64,000 nucleotides of DNA from Tortispora ganteri (Eukaryota). The DNA lies in assembly GCA_003707115.1 (NCBI GenBank), contig PPNB01000019.1:62001-126000 (forward strand), read 5' to 3'. Both the position numbers and the translations under genes were made by a program. The notes under the pieces were generated by a model. The model saw only the letters and a list, made by a program, of their open reading frames with translations, was not told the origin of the DNA and did not search any database. Below are positions 51,892-63,459 of this stretch, one piece after another (positions within the stretch are counted from its first letter, which is position 1; each line of letters begins with the position of its first letter).

Positions 51892-53139
51892 ATGATCGTC
51901 CATTTTCTTCATATTCTAGCCCTCTACGTGCTTATTGGCTCGGGAATTCTCTCACTATCATTACAACTGTACCTTAGATACTACCCGTATATTCGTAACT
52001 GTGCTTTTGATCGAAATGCTGTCGTGAAACTGATGGCTATAGGCGATCCACAAATAAGAGGTGGCCTTACCAACTACATTTTGCCAAAACGGTACCAACT
52101 CGATTTATGGGGTAACGATCAATTTATAGGTCAAGTATACAGATCTATGCTCAAGCTGCACCCCACACACGCCGCCGTACTAGGCGACCTCTTTTCTTCA
52201 CAACTCATAGACGACATTGAGTTTCAAAAACGACTGTTTCGCTACAAAACGCGTCTATTTCCTGAAACTTTGTGGCCTATTCACGGCTTTTTCAACGTCA
52301 CTGGAAATCACGATATAGGGTACAACGCAGAAATATCTCGCGAAGCGCTTCGTCGCTACGAAACTGCTTTTGGAAAAGCTGACTTTATCACTCGCTATGA
52401 CAATTACTCAATCACTGTTTTCAACTCGCTTGTTTTAGACGAACCAGGACTTGACGACTCAATACGTCAAGAAACGCTAGATTTTCTTGAGAGTATTTCA
52501 CATGACGTTAAAAGTAGTCCCGCTATTGTCCTTACTCACCTCCCGTTGTTCAAACCTGAAGGTTACTGCGCCGATCCGCCTACCTTCATCGTAGAAGAGG
52601 GCTCCGGCGCTATTTTAAAGCAAACTGTTCTCACTACACACTCGACTGAGCTGATTTTGGATACTTTCTTTGACCGGAATAACCCTTCAGGCGTCATCCT
52701 TAACGGCCACGACCATTTTGGATGCGATAACTATCATTATTATAATGGCCAGTCGTGGACTGTCGCGACATACTCCGAAGAACTCGCCAGGTCTACTCCG
52801 GGAGTTCGCGAAGTTACTGTCAAGTCAATCATGGGCGACTTTGGAGGGAATGTGGGGTTGTTGAGCGGTATACCAACGCAGTCTGGACGCATGGAGTTCA
52901 AGTACTCAGATTGCTCTCACGGGCCAATACAAATATGGTGGACCGCATACGTCTCTGTTTGCGTATTTGCGATTGTTCTGCCTCTCTATATTCTATTTAA
53001 ATTATTCGACCATGAGTCCATATCCAGAAAACCGATAAAAAAAAATCAGTCAACGAGCGATACAACATCAGTTGAGTCCCCAAGACGTCAGCCGTCTCGT
53101 CGAGCAAAAGAAGCCGCTCCGATGAAATACACAAGATGA
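51892..53139 (+). CDS. TED1: GPI-remodelling metallophosphoesterase Ted1 (PGAP5/MPPE1 family)
   Basis: 'GDPQI', 'DLWGND', 'LGDLFSSQ', 'GNHDIGY', 'LTHLP', 'NGHDHFGC', 'EVTVKSIMG'; N- and C-terminal TMs. Confidence 0.88.
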   Translation: MIVHFLHILALYVLIGSGILSLSLQLYLRYYPYIRNCAFDRNAVVKLMAIGDPQIRGGLTNYILPKRYQLDLWGNDQFIGQVYRSMLKLHPTHAAVLGDLFSSQLIDDIEFQKRLFRYKTRLFPETLWPIHGFFNVTGNHDIGYNAEISREALRRYETAFGKADFITRYDNYSITVFNSLVLDEPGLDDSIRQETLDFLESISHDVKSSPAIVLTHLPLFKPEGYCADPPTFIVEEGSGAILKQTVLTTHSTELILDTFFDRNNPSGVILNGHDHFGCDNYHYYNGQSWTVATYSEELARSTPGVREVTVKSIMGDFGGNVGLLSGIPTQSGRMEFKYSDCSHGPIQIWWTAYVSVCVFAIVLPLYILFKLFDHESISRKPIKKNQSTSDTTSVESPRRQPSRRAKEAAPMKYTR

Positions 53140-53347
53140 TTAAACATAGAGATATATTTATATATACAGGAAACAAAGCAAAACAAGCCAAAAAGAAAAG
53201 GAATTTGATGAGACGACACGAAACAAAAAGTGATAATCCCTATCTTTAGTTCAACTTAATTTGAATCTTGATTGAATCGCCTTGATCTGTCTTGAACATG
53301 ACTGTGTGTTTATGATTTCATGAAACTGTGCATGTCTTTCATGTCAA

Positions 53348-54754
53348 CTATTTTTGAGCTGAAGATTGCTGCATTTCGTTGGGCATTTCCTGAGGCGGTT
53401 GCTCTCCAATAAACATACCTTCACTGACAAATTTGCCTAATGTTAGTTTTTGCTGAGCTATCATTTCATTATTTCTTTGTTCTTCTTCAGCAAGAATTTT
53501 AGAACCATTTTCGTCAATGAACTTCTTCCATTTAAGGTATTCCTTGTTGTTGCTTTCACGAATAGCATCTATGTAAGATTTAGGTGACGAACCAGAATCA
53601 CCCAGGCCTAAAAGCCAGTTAAAAGATATGCTGTACTTAGAACGCTTGTTGTTCCATTCTTGCTCGCTCTTAGCCTTAATACGATTCTCTCTACGGGCGC
53701 ATTCGTCACCAGGATCTTCCACATCTTTATACGATCTGGCCAGTGTCCTCATATCCTTAACGCCTGAAATCGCGGGGTAGTCCAAAAGTTTAGCTAGTTT
53801 GTACAATTCAGTGTCGTTAGGATCACCAGTCCAAGGCTTGACAACAATAGCATTGTCTGGATTAGCTGAGGCATAATCCTTGTTGGTAGTGACAACAATG
53901 ACCTTGGCAGGATCGCGATTTAAATGAGTCAAATCCTTGATGATCTTTCCGTTCTCGTATCGTGTGGCCTCTCTATAGAGACTATAGGTAATAGCAGCCT
54001 TGTATGGGTCAAGTTTGTTGATAGCTTTAGCAGAGTTAATACTGTAGTCCGAAGAGAAAACAACGATTTCGTACATCATGCTCAGATATCCAAGGAAGTA
54101 GTCAGTGCCAGGACGCTTAGCGGTACGCCAACCCGTCGAATAGTTCCAGGACGAGTGGATAAGAAAGTCTTCCAGATCTATAACCAAAGTATAGGGTCTC
54201 TGATACATAGGGGGCAGTGGGTCAGGAAGAAGGTTGTCAAATGCTGGCTCTCTGTAGTAAGCAAAGAAGTCAGCAAAACGGATAGAAAAGCGCGACCAAG
54301 CATCGTTTAGACCATTGCCCACATTGGGGTGAGACTGCTGCTCTTCCTCATCCCAGTCTCTAGCGAGCCATGCAGCAGAACCGCCAAGGCCACAAAATAG
54401 ACCTAAGTACATAAGACGGGCCAACCGCGCTCTTTTGCGTTCGGCCGTCGATACGTAAGACGACGAAGAGCCTTTTGAATCTTTATCTTTCTGCCCTTGC
54501 TCTTCGGTAGTTTTTTTAGCCTCTTCAGTTGTGTCTTCTGTGGCATTATCCTTTTTGAACTGTTTTTCAAAGTCTCCAAGAAGCGATTCTGTGGCTACAT
54601 CGGGTCTGGGCTTGTTTGAGTTGTCATCGGCAAAATTACGTCGAAGCAGGCATTGCGTCGGCCCTTTAAGACATGACAGCGGCACAGTACCTTTGACATG
54701 TCTAGATGTATTTGCTAGCAGTACAGCACTACGTCTGACTGCAAGGCTGATCAT
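53348..54754 (-). CDS. TIM50: Mitochondrial import translocase subunit Tim50
   Basis: Arg-rich presequence, single TM, 'LLPDPLPP.YQRPYTLVIDLED.LIHS.W....GWRTAKRPG.DYFLGYLS'. Confidence 0.95.
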   Translation of the reverse strand: MISLAVRRSAVLLANTSRHVKGTVPLSCLKGPTQCLLRRNFADDNSNKPRPDVATESLLGDFEKQFKKDNATEDTTEEAKKTTEEQGQKDKDSKGSSSSYVSTAERKRARLARLMYLGLFCGLGGSAAWLARDWDEEEQQSHPNVGNGLNDAWSRFSIRFADFFAYYREPAFDNLLPDPLPPMYQRPYTLVIDLEDFLIHSSWNYSTGWRTAKRPGTDYFLGYLSMMYEIVVFSSDYSINSAKAINKLDPYKAAITYSLYREATRYENGKIIKDLTHLNRDPAKVIVVTTNKDYASANPDNAIVVKPWTGDPNDTELYKLAKLLDYPAISGVKDMRTLARSYKDVEDPGDECARRENRIKAKSEQEWNNKRSKYSISFNWLLGLGDSGSSPKSYIDAIRESNNKEYLKWKKFIDENGSKILAEEEQRNNEMIAQQKLTLGKFVSEGMFIGEQPPQEMPNEMQQSSAQK

Positions 54755-55441
54755 CTTTATTGTAAGGTAGGTAGGAAGGTAAGTGAGTAAGTAAGTAAAG
54801 GAAGACCTACAGAATCTTCTCGCTTTGGGCGGGTTGCAACGTTGCTATGGGCAGACTGAAAATCTGTGTATTACACTTGAGCCGCTTAAAGGGGAAATTA
54901 CGCAATTGAGATAAGCAGATTTCAAACACTCTACAGCAACATGAGACAACGTTCAAGTTTGTATTTATGACTGCAATATTACATCGCAACTAATAAATAT
55001 ACCCTTGCTGCTTAGCTGTAATCACTATGCGCCACTAGCGATTAAGTCAGGCCATCAAAGCATTAAAGCTTATTTAGTTTTAATCTTATCTCCTGTCCGG
55101 GTAAGTAGGATCATTTTTTGACTTTTACAGCTCACGAACACTTCTTTCTAAGATCTGGCTACGTGTTGCTCGACAGCTTTTTAATTTCCGATACCCAATA
55201 GAGAGGTTGCTGTTGCGCAATCTGCTGATAGTATCTGTCGTCTAAATTTAATTGTGAGAAACTTAGAAAATTTGTTAGTATAGCTATTGCGGAACTCTTA
55301 TTTTGCGTATCGACGATCTACCTACGCAGACTTCAATTACCTTCCTTGATAGCCAACATATTTGTGATAGCACTTCATTTATACACCCGCATTTCAAAAC
55401 ATCGATTCTTTCTAATTGTGATATTCTATTAACTGGTCAAA

Positions 55442-56875
55442 ATGTATAGTTCGGTTAATTCTGGTCAGCCTTGGATTTCAACAAAACGCTACAAATCACT
55501 TGGATTCATAGCGATGTCGTGCGCCATGATTTACTTTTTCTACTGGTACTCCAAAGGCAACTACCTGATTCCAAATTTTACAGAGAGCGGTACTAATCCT
55601 CTAAAGTACTCGTCTAACAAGTATGAATTTGATTCCATATACCAGGAAGAGCCTAACCCGCCCCCTCTAACGGAGATATATAGCTGGGAGCCGACACTAG
55701 TGGCTTCGAAGAAGGGCGTAATGCACAGAGTAATGAAAACACCATACGGTGAAATTTACTCAGGAAAAAGTTCTCAAACCGGCCAAGAAAATGCTTGTCT
55801 GGTAATGCTAGCTAGAAACTCTGAATTAGAGCACTGCCTGCAGTCCATCAGAGAACAAGAAGACACTTTCAACAAGCAATTCCATTATCCTTGGCTGTTT
55901 CTTAATGACGAAGAATATACAGAAGAATTTAAAAGTACAATATTGGATGCTGTCTCTGGTGAAGCTCGTTTTGGTTTGATAGAGGAGGAACACTGGACCA
56001 TACCGGATTGGATTGATACTAAGCAGGTCTATGACAACTTGAAAAGTGCCAACTCTCGTGGTATTCTCTATGGTGCTCTGTTGTCTTACCGCCACATGTG
56101 TAGATATAATTCTGGATTTTTCTACAAGCATCCTATGTTGCTTGAATACGACTGGTACTGGCGTGTGGAACCGGATGTCCATTTCTGGTGTGATGTGGAA
56201 TATGATGTTTTCACTTACATGAAAAACAACAACTACACTTACGGGTTTACCATGACCGCACATGAATATATGGAAACAATTCCTACATTGTATGGGAGTA
56301 CGATCGAATTTTTTCTGAATCATACGGAATATGTTGATCCAAATTCCGCTTACAAGTTCCTTGGTGGTATTGATGGTAATGTGAAGTCTACGGCCCAGTT
56401 ACTTGAAAAGCTAATACAGATAGATTACAATTCATGTCACTTCTGGTCAAACTTTGAGATTGGCGATCTCCACTTTTACCGGAGTAAAATGTACCAGGAA
56501 TATTTTGACTTCCTGGACCAAAAGGGCGGGTTTTTCTATGAGAGGTGGGGCGATGCACCTATCCACACATTTGCCGTTTCTTTGATGATGCCAAGCAGTA
56601 GGATTCATCATTTTGCAGATATGGGTTATTATCATGTTCCCTACACTAGATGTCCTACAGACCTGGAAAGCTATAAAAGCGGTCGATGCAGATGTATCGT
56701 GAATGACCATAACTTTGACGACGATGGGTACTCCTGCAACAAGCTGTGGCTTGACACCTATGGGCGAACAACTGGATCTGAAACGACATCTGCTGATGAA
56801 TTAAAAGAACGAAATGAAATTGCGCAGCTGAATCGAGATCTAAAAGCCATGAGCGAAGACGAGAAGCTGCCTTGA
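55442..56875 (+). CDS. Alpha-1,2-mannosyltransferase, GT15 (Kre2/Mnt1/Ktr family)
   Basis: Type II TM; 'LARNSEL', 'SYRHMCRYNSGFF', 'YWRVEPD', 'CHFWSNFEI', 'GGFFYERWGDAP'. Confidence 0.93.
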   Translation: MYSSVNSGQPWISTKRYKSLGFIAMSCAMIYFFYWYSKGNYLIPNFTESGTNPLKYSSNKYEFDSIYQEEPNPPPLTEIYSWEPTLVASKKGVMHRVMKTPYGEIYSGKSSQTGQENACLVMLARNSELEHCLQSIREQEDTFNKQFHYPWLFLNDEEYTEEFKSTILDAVSGEARFGLIEEEHWTIPDWIDTKQVYDNLKSANSRGILYGALLSYRHMCRYNSGFFYKHPMLLEYDWYWRVEPDVHFWCDVEYDVFTYMKNNNYTYGFTMTAHEYMETIPTLYGSTIEFFLNHTEYVDPNSAYKFLGGIDGNVKSTAQLLEKLIQIDYNSCHFWSNFEIGDLHFYRSKMYQEYFDFLDQKGGFFYERWGDAPIHTFAVSLMMPSSRIHHFADMGYYHVPYTRCPTDLESYKSGRCRCIVNDHNFDDDGYSCNKLWLDTYGRTTGSETTSADELKERNEIAQLNRDLKAMSEDEKLP

Positions 56876-57973
56876 GTTCGACATAGTGAGTACATTCCAC
56901 CAAGAGACAGATAACTATACATTGAGCGTTAAATAAGTAATAATTGTCAATGTGGACGGTTATATGACTTGTTCATCTGACTGCGCGATCGAAACTAGTT
57001 ATATATATTTTTTTTAAATGTTTGGCTGCCTAAGGTCTATTGTTCTCTCTTCCAGTTATGCCAGTATGTATGAGCGCGATTTTTAGTAAAAGGGCATACA
57101 TACGTTTATAACGATCTATGATGATCTACACATACGCAAAATATATTCCGAGGTTTCACAGCCGTACACGGCAATATCGATTTCACCGGTTACGCGAATT
57201 TAGGATGATGCACAATTTTGACCTACAAGGAGTGCTCCAAAGAGGAAGATAAGGAGCATCATTTTTGTTAGCGAATAAATGTCTTTGAGGACCATATGAA
57301 TAGGTCGTCATTATTTGCGTCTGCAAACTGGCGGACTTGAAAGGATTCGCGTGCTTGTAGATTCCAGAGTAAAAACAAAGACATGTAACTCTAATGCAAT
57401 TAAGTTCCCTAGTGGCACACGCGTGCTCGATAAGGTATAGGGTAACCTCACGGACGCGCTGCCCCTAAAGTCCGGTTTATATTTAAAACTGTAGCGATCC
57501 ACTCGAAAGAATATGCTCGGTACTGCAGTGGACCTTTTCAGCAGATGTATTTTATGCGCAATATTCTTAGTGGTCCCTGAATGAACTAACAAAGTGGAAA
57601 TTAGGATGAATTTTAGGTTAAGAGTTTATCAATTTTAAGGAAGTATCAGAAAGTTAGTTGGCTTTGCGTATAGTTTGATAACAGACCCTCCTGAAGGAGT
57701 GACCTTTTCCTACAAAAATTAAAATCGAAACTTAAATTTAATGTGAACACCCTTACCTGTTCTCTTTTTATCAATTTAGTAGCTGTACATTTTCCTCACC
57801 TAATAATCATTTGAAGGGCATATCCTCATCGCTTTTTGGCTGCTTTTCGTTAACCTTCAAAAGACAAAGAAGAAACAGCGTTGTCTTGTCTTCTGCACAC
57901 CCGCATTCTGCCACATATAGCCGGAATTACGTCTCGACAAGAACCTGCCTCGCGGCTGCTTATTTGACAGGTG

Positions 57974-59989
57974 ATGCTGAACCACATGCGGTCGTTGAAC
58001 TTTCCGGCGTTCCCCATCCGGTTTTCGATGTTTAATTTGCTAATAATTGTGATCATTCTTGTTAACGGCTGGATGATCTTCGCTGAGTTCAGCGTCGTCG
58101 GCGCCGTATCAGCCTTGAAGAACTCCTACACAGTTGTTACTGGCGACCGAAACGCGTATACCAAAACAAATGTTACACTGACATGGGATATCGCTGACCT
58201 CAGAAAACGCTACAATACTGCGTTGAGTAAAGGTTTACTGAATGATGATATAGGTCCGTTCAACCCCGAAGATCCCATACAGGCGCTCATCATTCATGGC
58301 ATGCTCATCTTCGATAAAAAGCTGACACCTAATCAGCCTTCTCTAGAGGAACTCACGAGAATATATATCAAAAAACATGGCCGCGTTCCGCCGCCTTTCT
58401 TTGATAAGTGGTATGAGTTCGCTAAAGAGAGAAATGTCATCGATTTCACCGATTTCGATCAGATATATGACGACCTCCGCCCCTTCTGGGCAATCCAACC
58501 AAGCACTATGCGCGCTGCAAGCAGGCGTCTCAACAACGAACTTGGCGTCGGTATTATTCAAATCCGCTCTCACCAGGCTTCAGCCACAGGCCAGCAACGT
58601 GCAGAAAGTGCCACATTTTGGCGTCTGAACATATTTATGGAAACGATCGACTCCTTCATCCAGTACCTTCCGGATATGGACATCGTGCTAAACCTGTACG
58701 ATGAACCCCGAATTCTGGTACCTTTCAGCGATATAGTACGCTTCAACGAATTGGAACTGGAGTCTCGCTATATTACTCCTCAGCCGATCAATGATTTTGC
58801 GACGACTTTAAAAGAAACCCCTGACGACCTGTACGCAGAAGACATACCGTTCGACTGGATTGAACACAACAGGCTTCCAATTTATGATCTTGTTTACAGT
58901 TCTTGTCCTCCAAATAGTATCTTAACTGACCAAAGCCCAGAAGAAGAACTACACAAAAGGGCTACAGACCGCTATCTATCACCGTCAGGCAAATTTGTGC
59001 AGGATTTAAATATCTCAAAGGATATATGCACAATAGGACCTTACGCCAAAATGGAACATGGTTACCTACTAGCTCCTATATGGGGCGTGATTACACGGAA
59101 CCTTGTTCCAATATTCGCTGAATGCAAAATGAACGTCAATAACGACATTCTGTACCCCGCCAACATGTACTTTACAACTGATCAGCGATACGTCATTCTT
59201 TCTGATGACAACGAAGTTTTTGAGCAGAAAGTAGATGCAGCCGTCTGGAGAGGTGTGTCTTCCGAAGGTGATAATCGCAAGGATATGTGGAATTTTTTCC
59301 AGCGTCATCGTTTGATCAACTTATTCAACTCTTCTCGCGTTCACGAGCATGACCCTTGGACATACAGACATTTTTGCGACTCAAATGAGCCTCGCTCTTC
59401 TTTGTTGCCTAACAGTACCATATTTTGTTACGATGACCCTCAAGACTTTCTTGAGCAACATACTGATATGGGATTTACCGACTTTCCATGGTGCCCAGCT
59501 GAAGTTTGCGAAAAGGAGCGCCAGCAATATGCCATAAAACCAGGCATGCCGTTCAAGGAACTCCTTGATTATAAATACCAGTTTGATGTCGATGGTAGGT
59601 CGTTCTCAGCGCGATTTTGGGCCTTTCTTCAGAGCGGAAGTCTAGCTTTCAAGTCAACTATCTTCAAGGAATGGCACGACTCGAGGCTTATTCCTTGGGC
59701 TACGTACATTCCAATGGACATTGAGCTGGACGAAGTCTTTGCTGCCTTTACATACTTTATAGGCATTGAAGGTGTAAGTAAAGCTCGAGTTCAATTAGCC
59801 AAAAGCATAGCCAGATCGGGCCAATACTGGGCCAACCGAGCTTTGCGAAAGGATGACATGCTTACCTACAAATTTCTGCTGCTGCTGGAATATTCTCGTC
59901 TAATAGATGATAACAGAAAACACCTGGGTTATTTGCCCCCAGGATTTGATTTATCTGAGTTTATTTCAGGTGAAAATGGAAATGTATAA
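57974..59989 (+). CDS. GT90 / CAP10-domain glycosyltransferase (Cxt1 beta-1,2-xylosyltransferase-like); start codon uncertain (57974/57986/58028)
   Basis: 'Y..KHGR.PPP.FDKWY.FA', 'I.DDLRPFW', 'LPDMD...N..DEPR', 'WRG', 'YKY..DVDG.SFSARF', 'EWHD.RL.PW..YIP'. Confidence 0.88.
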   Translation: MLNHMRSLNFPAFPIRFSMFNLLIIVIILVNGWMIFAEFSVVGAVSALKNSYTVVTGDRNAYTKTNVTLTWDIADLRKRYNTALSKGLLNDDIGPFNPEDPIQALIIHGMLIFDKKLTPNQPSLEELTRIYIKKHGRVPPPFFDKWYEFAKERNVIDFTDFDQIYDDLRPFWAIQPSTMRAASRRLNNELGVGIIQIRSHQASATGQQRAESATFWRLNIFMETIDSFIQYLPDMDIVLNLYDEPRILVPFSDIVRFNELELESRYITPQPINDFATTLKETPDDLYAEDIPFDWIEHNRLPIYDLVYSSCPPNSILTDQSPEEELHKRATDRYLSPSGKFVQDLNISKDICTIGPYAKMEHGYLLAPIWGVITRNLVPIFAECKMNVNNDILYPANMYFTTDQRYVILSDDNEVFEQKVDAAVWRGVSSEGDNRKDMWNFFQRHRLINLFNSSRVHEHDPWTYRHFCDSNEPRSSLLPNSTIFCYDDPQDFLEQHTDMGFTDFPWCPAEVCEKERQQYAIKPGMPFKELLDYKYQFDVDGRSFSARFWAFLQSGSLAFKSTIFKEWHDSRLIPWATYIPMDIELDEVFAAFTYFIGIEGVSKARVQLAKSIARSGQYWANRALRKDDMLTYKFLLLLEYSRLIDDNRKHLGYLPPGFDLSEFISGENGNV

Positions 59990-61053
59990 GAAAGCAGTGC
60001 GCTTCACGGCGTTTGGCCTGGACAGATGACTGTGCTACATGCGATACTATGAATCGCTACAGATTAGCACCGCAATGAATTGTACCTACATACCTTTCTT
60101 TTATTTATCATGTAGTTTTCAATTTATTGCTAGTAACACGATAATTATACAGACGCGAGTAGCTGTAACCAACTCTCGAAACATTCTAGTCCTGATCAAC
60201 GTAGCCGTTTTAACGGTTGTTAAGTTAGGGTAAGGGTATTTGCTTTATAAATAAGACGCGTCCATCTTTTCCAAGACTTCGAAGGTCAGACATGTCAATT
60301 GAAGTCCACTTGGTGAATACCGAGACTCATATGGGGTGGCGGGGGTTTTATATATATTTGGCTAAGGCCGAATCTGATAGCTATCTGACGCTACCATTTC
60401 GCCATCCCATGAGTGGTAGCTGAAGATGCTGGAGGATTGAAGGTGGTCCGGGTTTCTGTTGTTCTTCTCGGAGAATAAATCAAAAGAACAGCGAGGACTA
60501 TGCATTGACTTACAAACGAGGCCTTCCGGGATGCTCATCACGAGTTTTCTCTATATAGTGCGAATGGAAAACCAATTAAAGGAGTCGTGTTAGGTACTTG
60601 TACAGGAGGTAAATTATCAACCTTCGTCTGACTAGTTTCTTCCTGGTTGACTTTTCCATTCCACTGCTTTTTTTTATTAGGATATGGTTTACGAACCAGA
60701 GGGTGGGCTTGGGGTTTTTTTTTTTTCATCTATTTGTCGTAGTTTGTAGTTGTAGTGACATTAAGTAATCTTCGCTAGGTCGTTTACCGGATAAGTTAAA
60801 TACGAGTCTTAATGCGTCAACTATGCAGCCCAGCCTTCAACTTCAACCCTTCGCCATACTCCTTTAAATTTGTTATCACCGCTTTTAGTTAGTAAACGAG
60901 CATTTATATGAGAGAATTCATTGAGTAGAGCGTTTATTTCTATTAATCTTTTTATTTTGGACAGATAGACTTCTTATTTGTGCAACTATTTTACTGTTAA
61001 TCCTGCTGATCATTCATTTGTAACACATTTGCGATCCTCTACTTTGAACAATA

Positions 61054-62199
61054 ATGGAATCCGCCCCACTACTCGCTTCTCCCCGAAGATCTCCAGCACT
61101 AAAGCAGGAAATTAGAGCGTTAGCTACTAGCTCTTATGTTAACTATATGCTGGTGTTCGTGCCTTTGGGTCTAGCTGCAGGTTTACTAAACTGGCCTGCT
61201 GTCTACAGGTTTACTCTCAACTTTTTTGCCGTGATCCCTCTGGCATCGCTGTTGGGGTTTGCTACCGAAGAACTAGCTTTGTATGTCGGAGAATCTATTG
61301 GTGGTCTTCTTAATGCGACTTTTGGGAACGCCGTAGAACTCATTGTCGCTGTAGTGGCCTTACATCAAGGCCAGATCGCTATTGTTCAGGCTTCAATGCT
61401 GGGCTCAATTCTTTCGAACATGCTATTGGTTCTGGGATGCTGCTTTGTTCTCGGGGGAATTAAGTATAAAGTACAAAACTTTAGTTCTTCTGCTGCTTTA
61501 GCTATGTCCTCTTTAATGGCAGTCTCCTGTTCTTGCTTGCTTCTACCGGCAGCATTTCATGCAACTATCCCCCCTCCTAATGGCGTTCCCGACGGCTCCA
61601 CTGGAGATCTCGTGGTCACAATGAGCAGATCTACATCTGTTGTAATGCTCATTCTGTACATTCTATTTCTCTTCTTTCAGTTCAAAACGCATAGTGACTT
61701 GTTTGAAACTGAAAGCGATGATATCCCAGAGGTACCCACTCTTTCATCTATCATGGCTTTGACGACATTGGCTTTAGTAACCGTTGTGGTTGCTGTTTGT
61801 GCCGACTATTTGGTGGGAAGTATCGACGATATCGTTGAAACTACTGGCATGCCGAAAGAGTTCATTGGTTTGATACTCATACCTATAGTAGGAAACGCTG
61901 CTGAACACGTCTCTGCTGTAATAGTGGCCACAAAGAATAAGATGAACCTTGCGATTGGCATCGCTGTCGGTTCAAGTCTTCAAATTGCTCTGTTCATGAC
62001 TCCTTTTACTGTCGTCTTTGGCTGGATTATTGGTCAGCCAATGACTCTGTTCTTCTCAACTTACGAAACTGCAGTCATGTTTGTATCAGTATTTATTACT
62101 AACTATCTCATTCAGGATGGCGAAAGTAACTGGTTTGAAGGTGCTCTGCTCATAGGCACCTACATAATCATTGGTCTTTCATTCTGGTTATATCCGTAA
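61054..62199 (+). CDS. VCX1: Vacuolar Ca2+/H+ exchanger
   Basis: Alpha repeats 'LNATFGNAVELIV' and 'PIVGNAAEH', 'GSSLQIALF', 'DGESNWFEG'. Confidence 0.95.
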   Translation: MESAPLLASPRRSPALKQEIRALATSSYVNYMLVFVPLGLAAGLLNWPAVYRFTLNFFAVIPLASLLGFATEELALYVGESIGGLLNATFGNAVELIVAVVALHQGQIAIVQASMLGSILSNMLLVLGCCFVLGGIKYKVQNFSSSAALAMSSLMAVSCSCLLLPAAFHATIPPPNGVPDGSTGDLVVTMSRSTSVVMLILYILFLFFQFKTHSDLFETESDDIPEVPTLSSIMALTTLALVTVVVAVCADYLVGSIDDIVETTGMPKEFIGLILIPIVGNAAEHVSAVIVATKNKMNLAIGIAVGSSLQIALFMTPFTVVFGWIIGQPMTLFFSTYETAVMFVSVFITNYLIQDGESNWFEGALLIGTYIIIGLSFWLYP

Positions 62200-62241
62200 A
62201 TGGATATACCTTCTTTACTATCACATTCTGAATCTCATACT

Positions 62242-63126
62242 TCAATACATGCCACTCAGGCTCTGATTCTTAAGCAACGGGTAGAGTCCGTGCTCTGATG
62301 ATAACTGGAATGTCATTGTAGCTGATTCATATCCATCTTCAGGCCCAATTTTCAGTCTTTCGATTATATCTTGCAGCAAAATAGCACGTCCGACAGTTGT
62401 AGATCCGGGAATCGCATATTCAGCATGGGTCACGTGTATATGGAAATGATAGTAAGTAGGCTGGTAGTGCACATAGAAGCGCAACTTGTCTGCTGCCAGG
62501 CCGTATTTCTTTTCCACAGCTTTTGTACATTTCTCAATAATACTCTCGAGCCAATTTGCATCGCTTTTACGTAGGTCTCTCACAGACCAAATGTTACGGT
62601 CATTGGCAATAACAACCAAATACAAAGTAGACAGAGTAGATCCGTCCCATTTCATATCTTTCATTAAGACAAATCCATGTCGATTACCGACTACTTCATC
62701 GTCTCTATATACAACAGCATCCTGTTCAGCATTACCATCAAGTATATTGTAAACCCAGTCAATTGTGCCTTCACGAGTTTGAGTCATGAACGGCCTGGTT
62801 ATTTCTTGATAGGCTTTAGCAGTTTCGGTAACTAAAGATACATTCTGTTTGCTGTATTTTTTTATATGTTTTTCCGTAGCAGGATGAATTAAATTTAACT
62901 TCACATCTGCGCAATTGTACCAGCTGTATATGTCATTGCTTTGTACAAGAGGTACGTCCATAGGCAGTACTTTCATCACTTCTTCAGGATCAGTAGGCCA
63001 TACTGTTCGCTCGGCAATTAGAATAGCAGATTCACTATCAATCTCGCCTTTCAAAATGATCCGTTTGGATACTGAATCAGAGTTAAGAATTTCTGGTTTT
63101 ATGAACGCTCCTTTGTCAAACGACAT
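62242..63126 (-). CDS. DCS1: Scavenger mRNA decapping enzyme DcpS
   Basis: 'NDIY.W', 'KLNLIHPATEKHIKKY', 'D.KWDG', HIT motif 'HYQPTYYHFHIH'. Confidence 0.95.
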   Translation of the reverse strand: MSFDKGAFIKPEILNSDSVSKRIILKGEIDSESAILIAERTVWPTDPEEVMKVLPMDVPLVQSNDIYSWYNCADVKLNLIHPATEKHIKKYSKQNVSLVTETAKAYQEITRPFMTQTREGTIDWVYNILDGNAEQDAVVYRDDEVVGNRHGFVLMKDMKWDGSTLSTLYLVVIANDRNIWSVRDLRKSDANWLESIIEKCTKAVEKKYGLAADKLRFYVHYQPTYYHFHIHVTHAEYAIPGSTTVGRAILLQDIIERLKIGPEDGYESATMTFQLSSEHGLYPLLKNQSLSGMY

Positions 63127-63459
63127 TATCCTAGTGGTTGTCTATGTGTGTGATACAATTCAAGCGTGATGTATCACTGAAGAGTACTGTGACTGCTAAA
63201 TGCAGCTATAACAACCCCGCCCTGTAACCTTTGTGACACAAAGGAAAAAATATATGCAACCTAAACCTCAATACGTATATATTGTGGACCCAAAATAGTG
63301 CCTTAGAAGTGATTCGCTCGATTCAGTGCACAGCTAATAACGGTGTTAAATCTCAAGTAACTGCTCGGTTGCCATAACAACACACCACTTATACGAAAAC
63401 CTCATCAAAAAGATTAACCCTTCAGGAAAATTAACTCTCAGTACTCAATCTATTAGAAC

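Noticed and set aside
55105..55115. TAGGATCATTT matching U3 snoRNA box A
   Set aside because: The match stops after 11 nt; I did not find the other U3 boxes in the expected arrangement
60340..61053. uORFs, a 5'UTR intron and Crz1-like sites upstream of VCX1
   Set aside because: Signals are weak or degenerate and the TSS is unknown; not supportable from sequence alone
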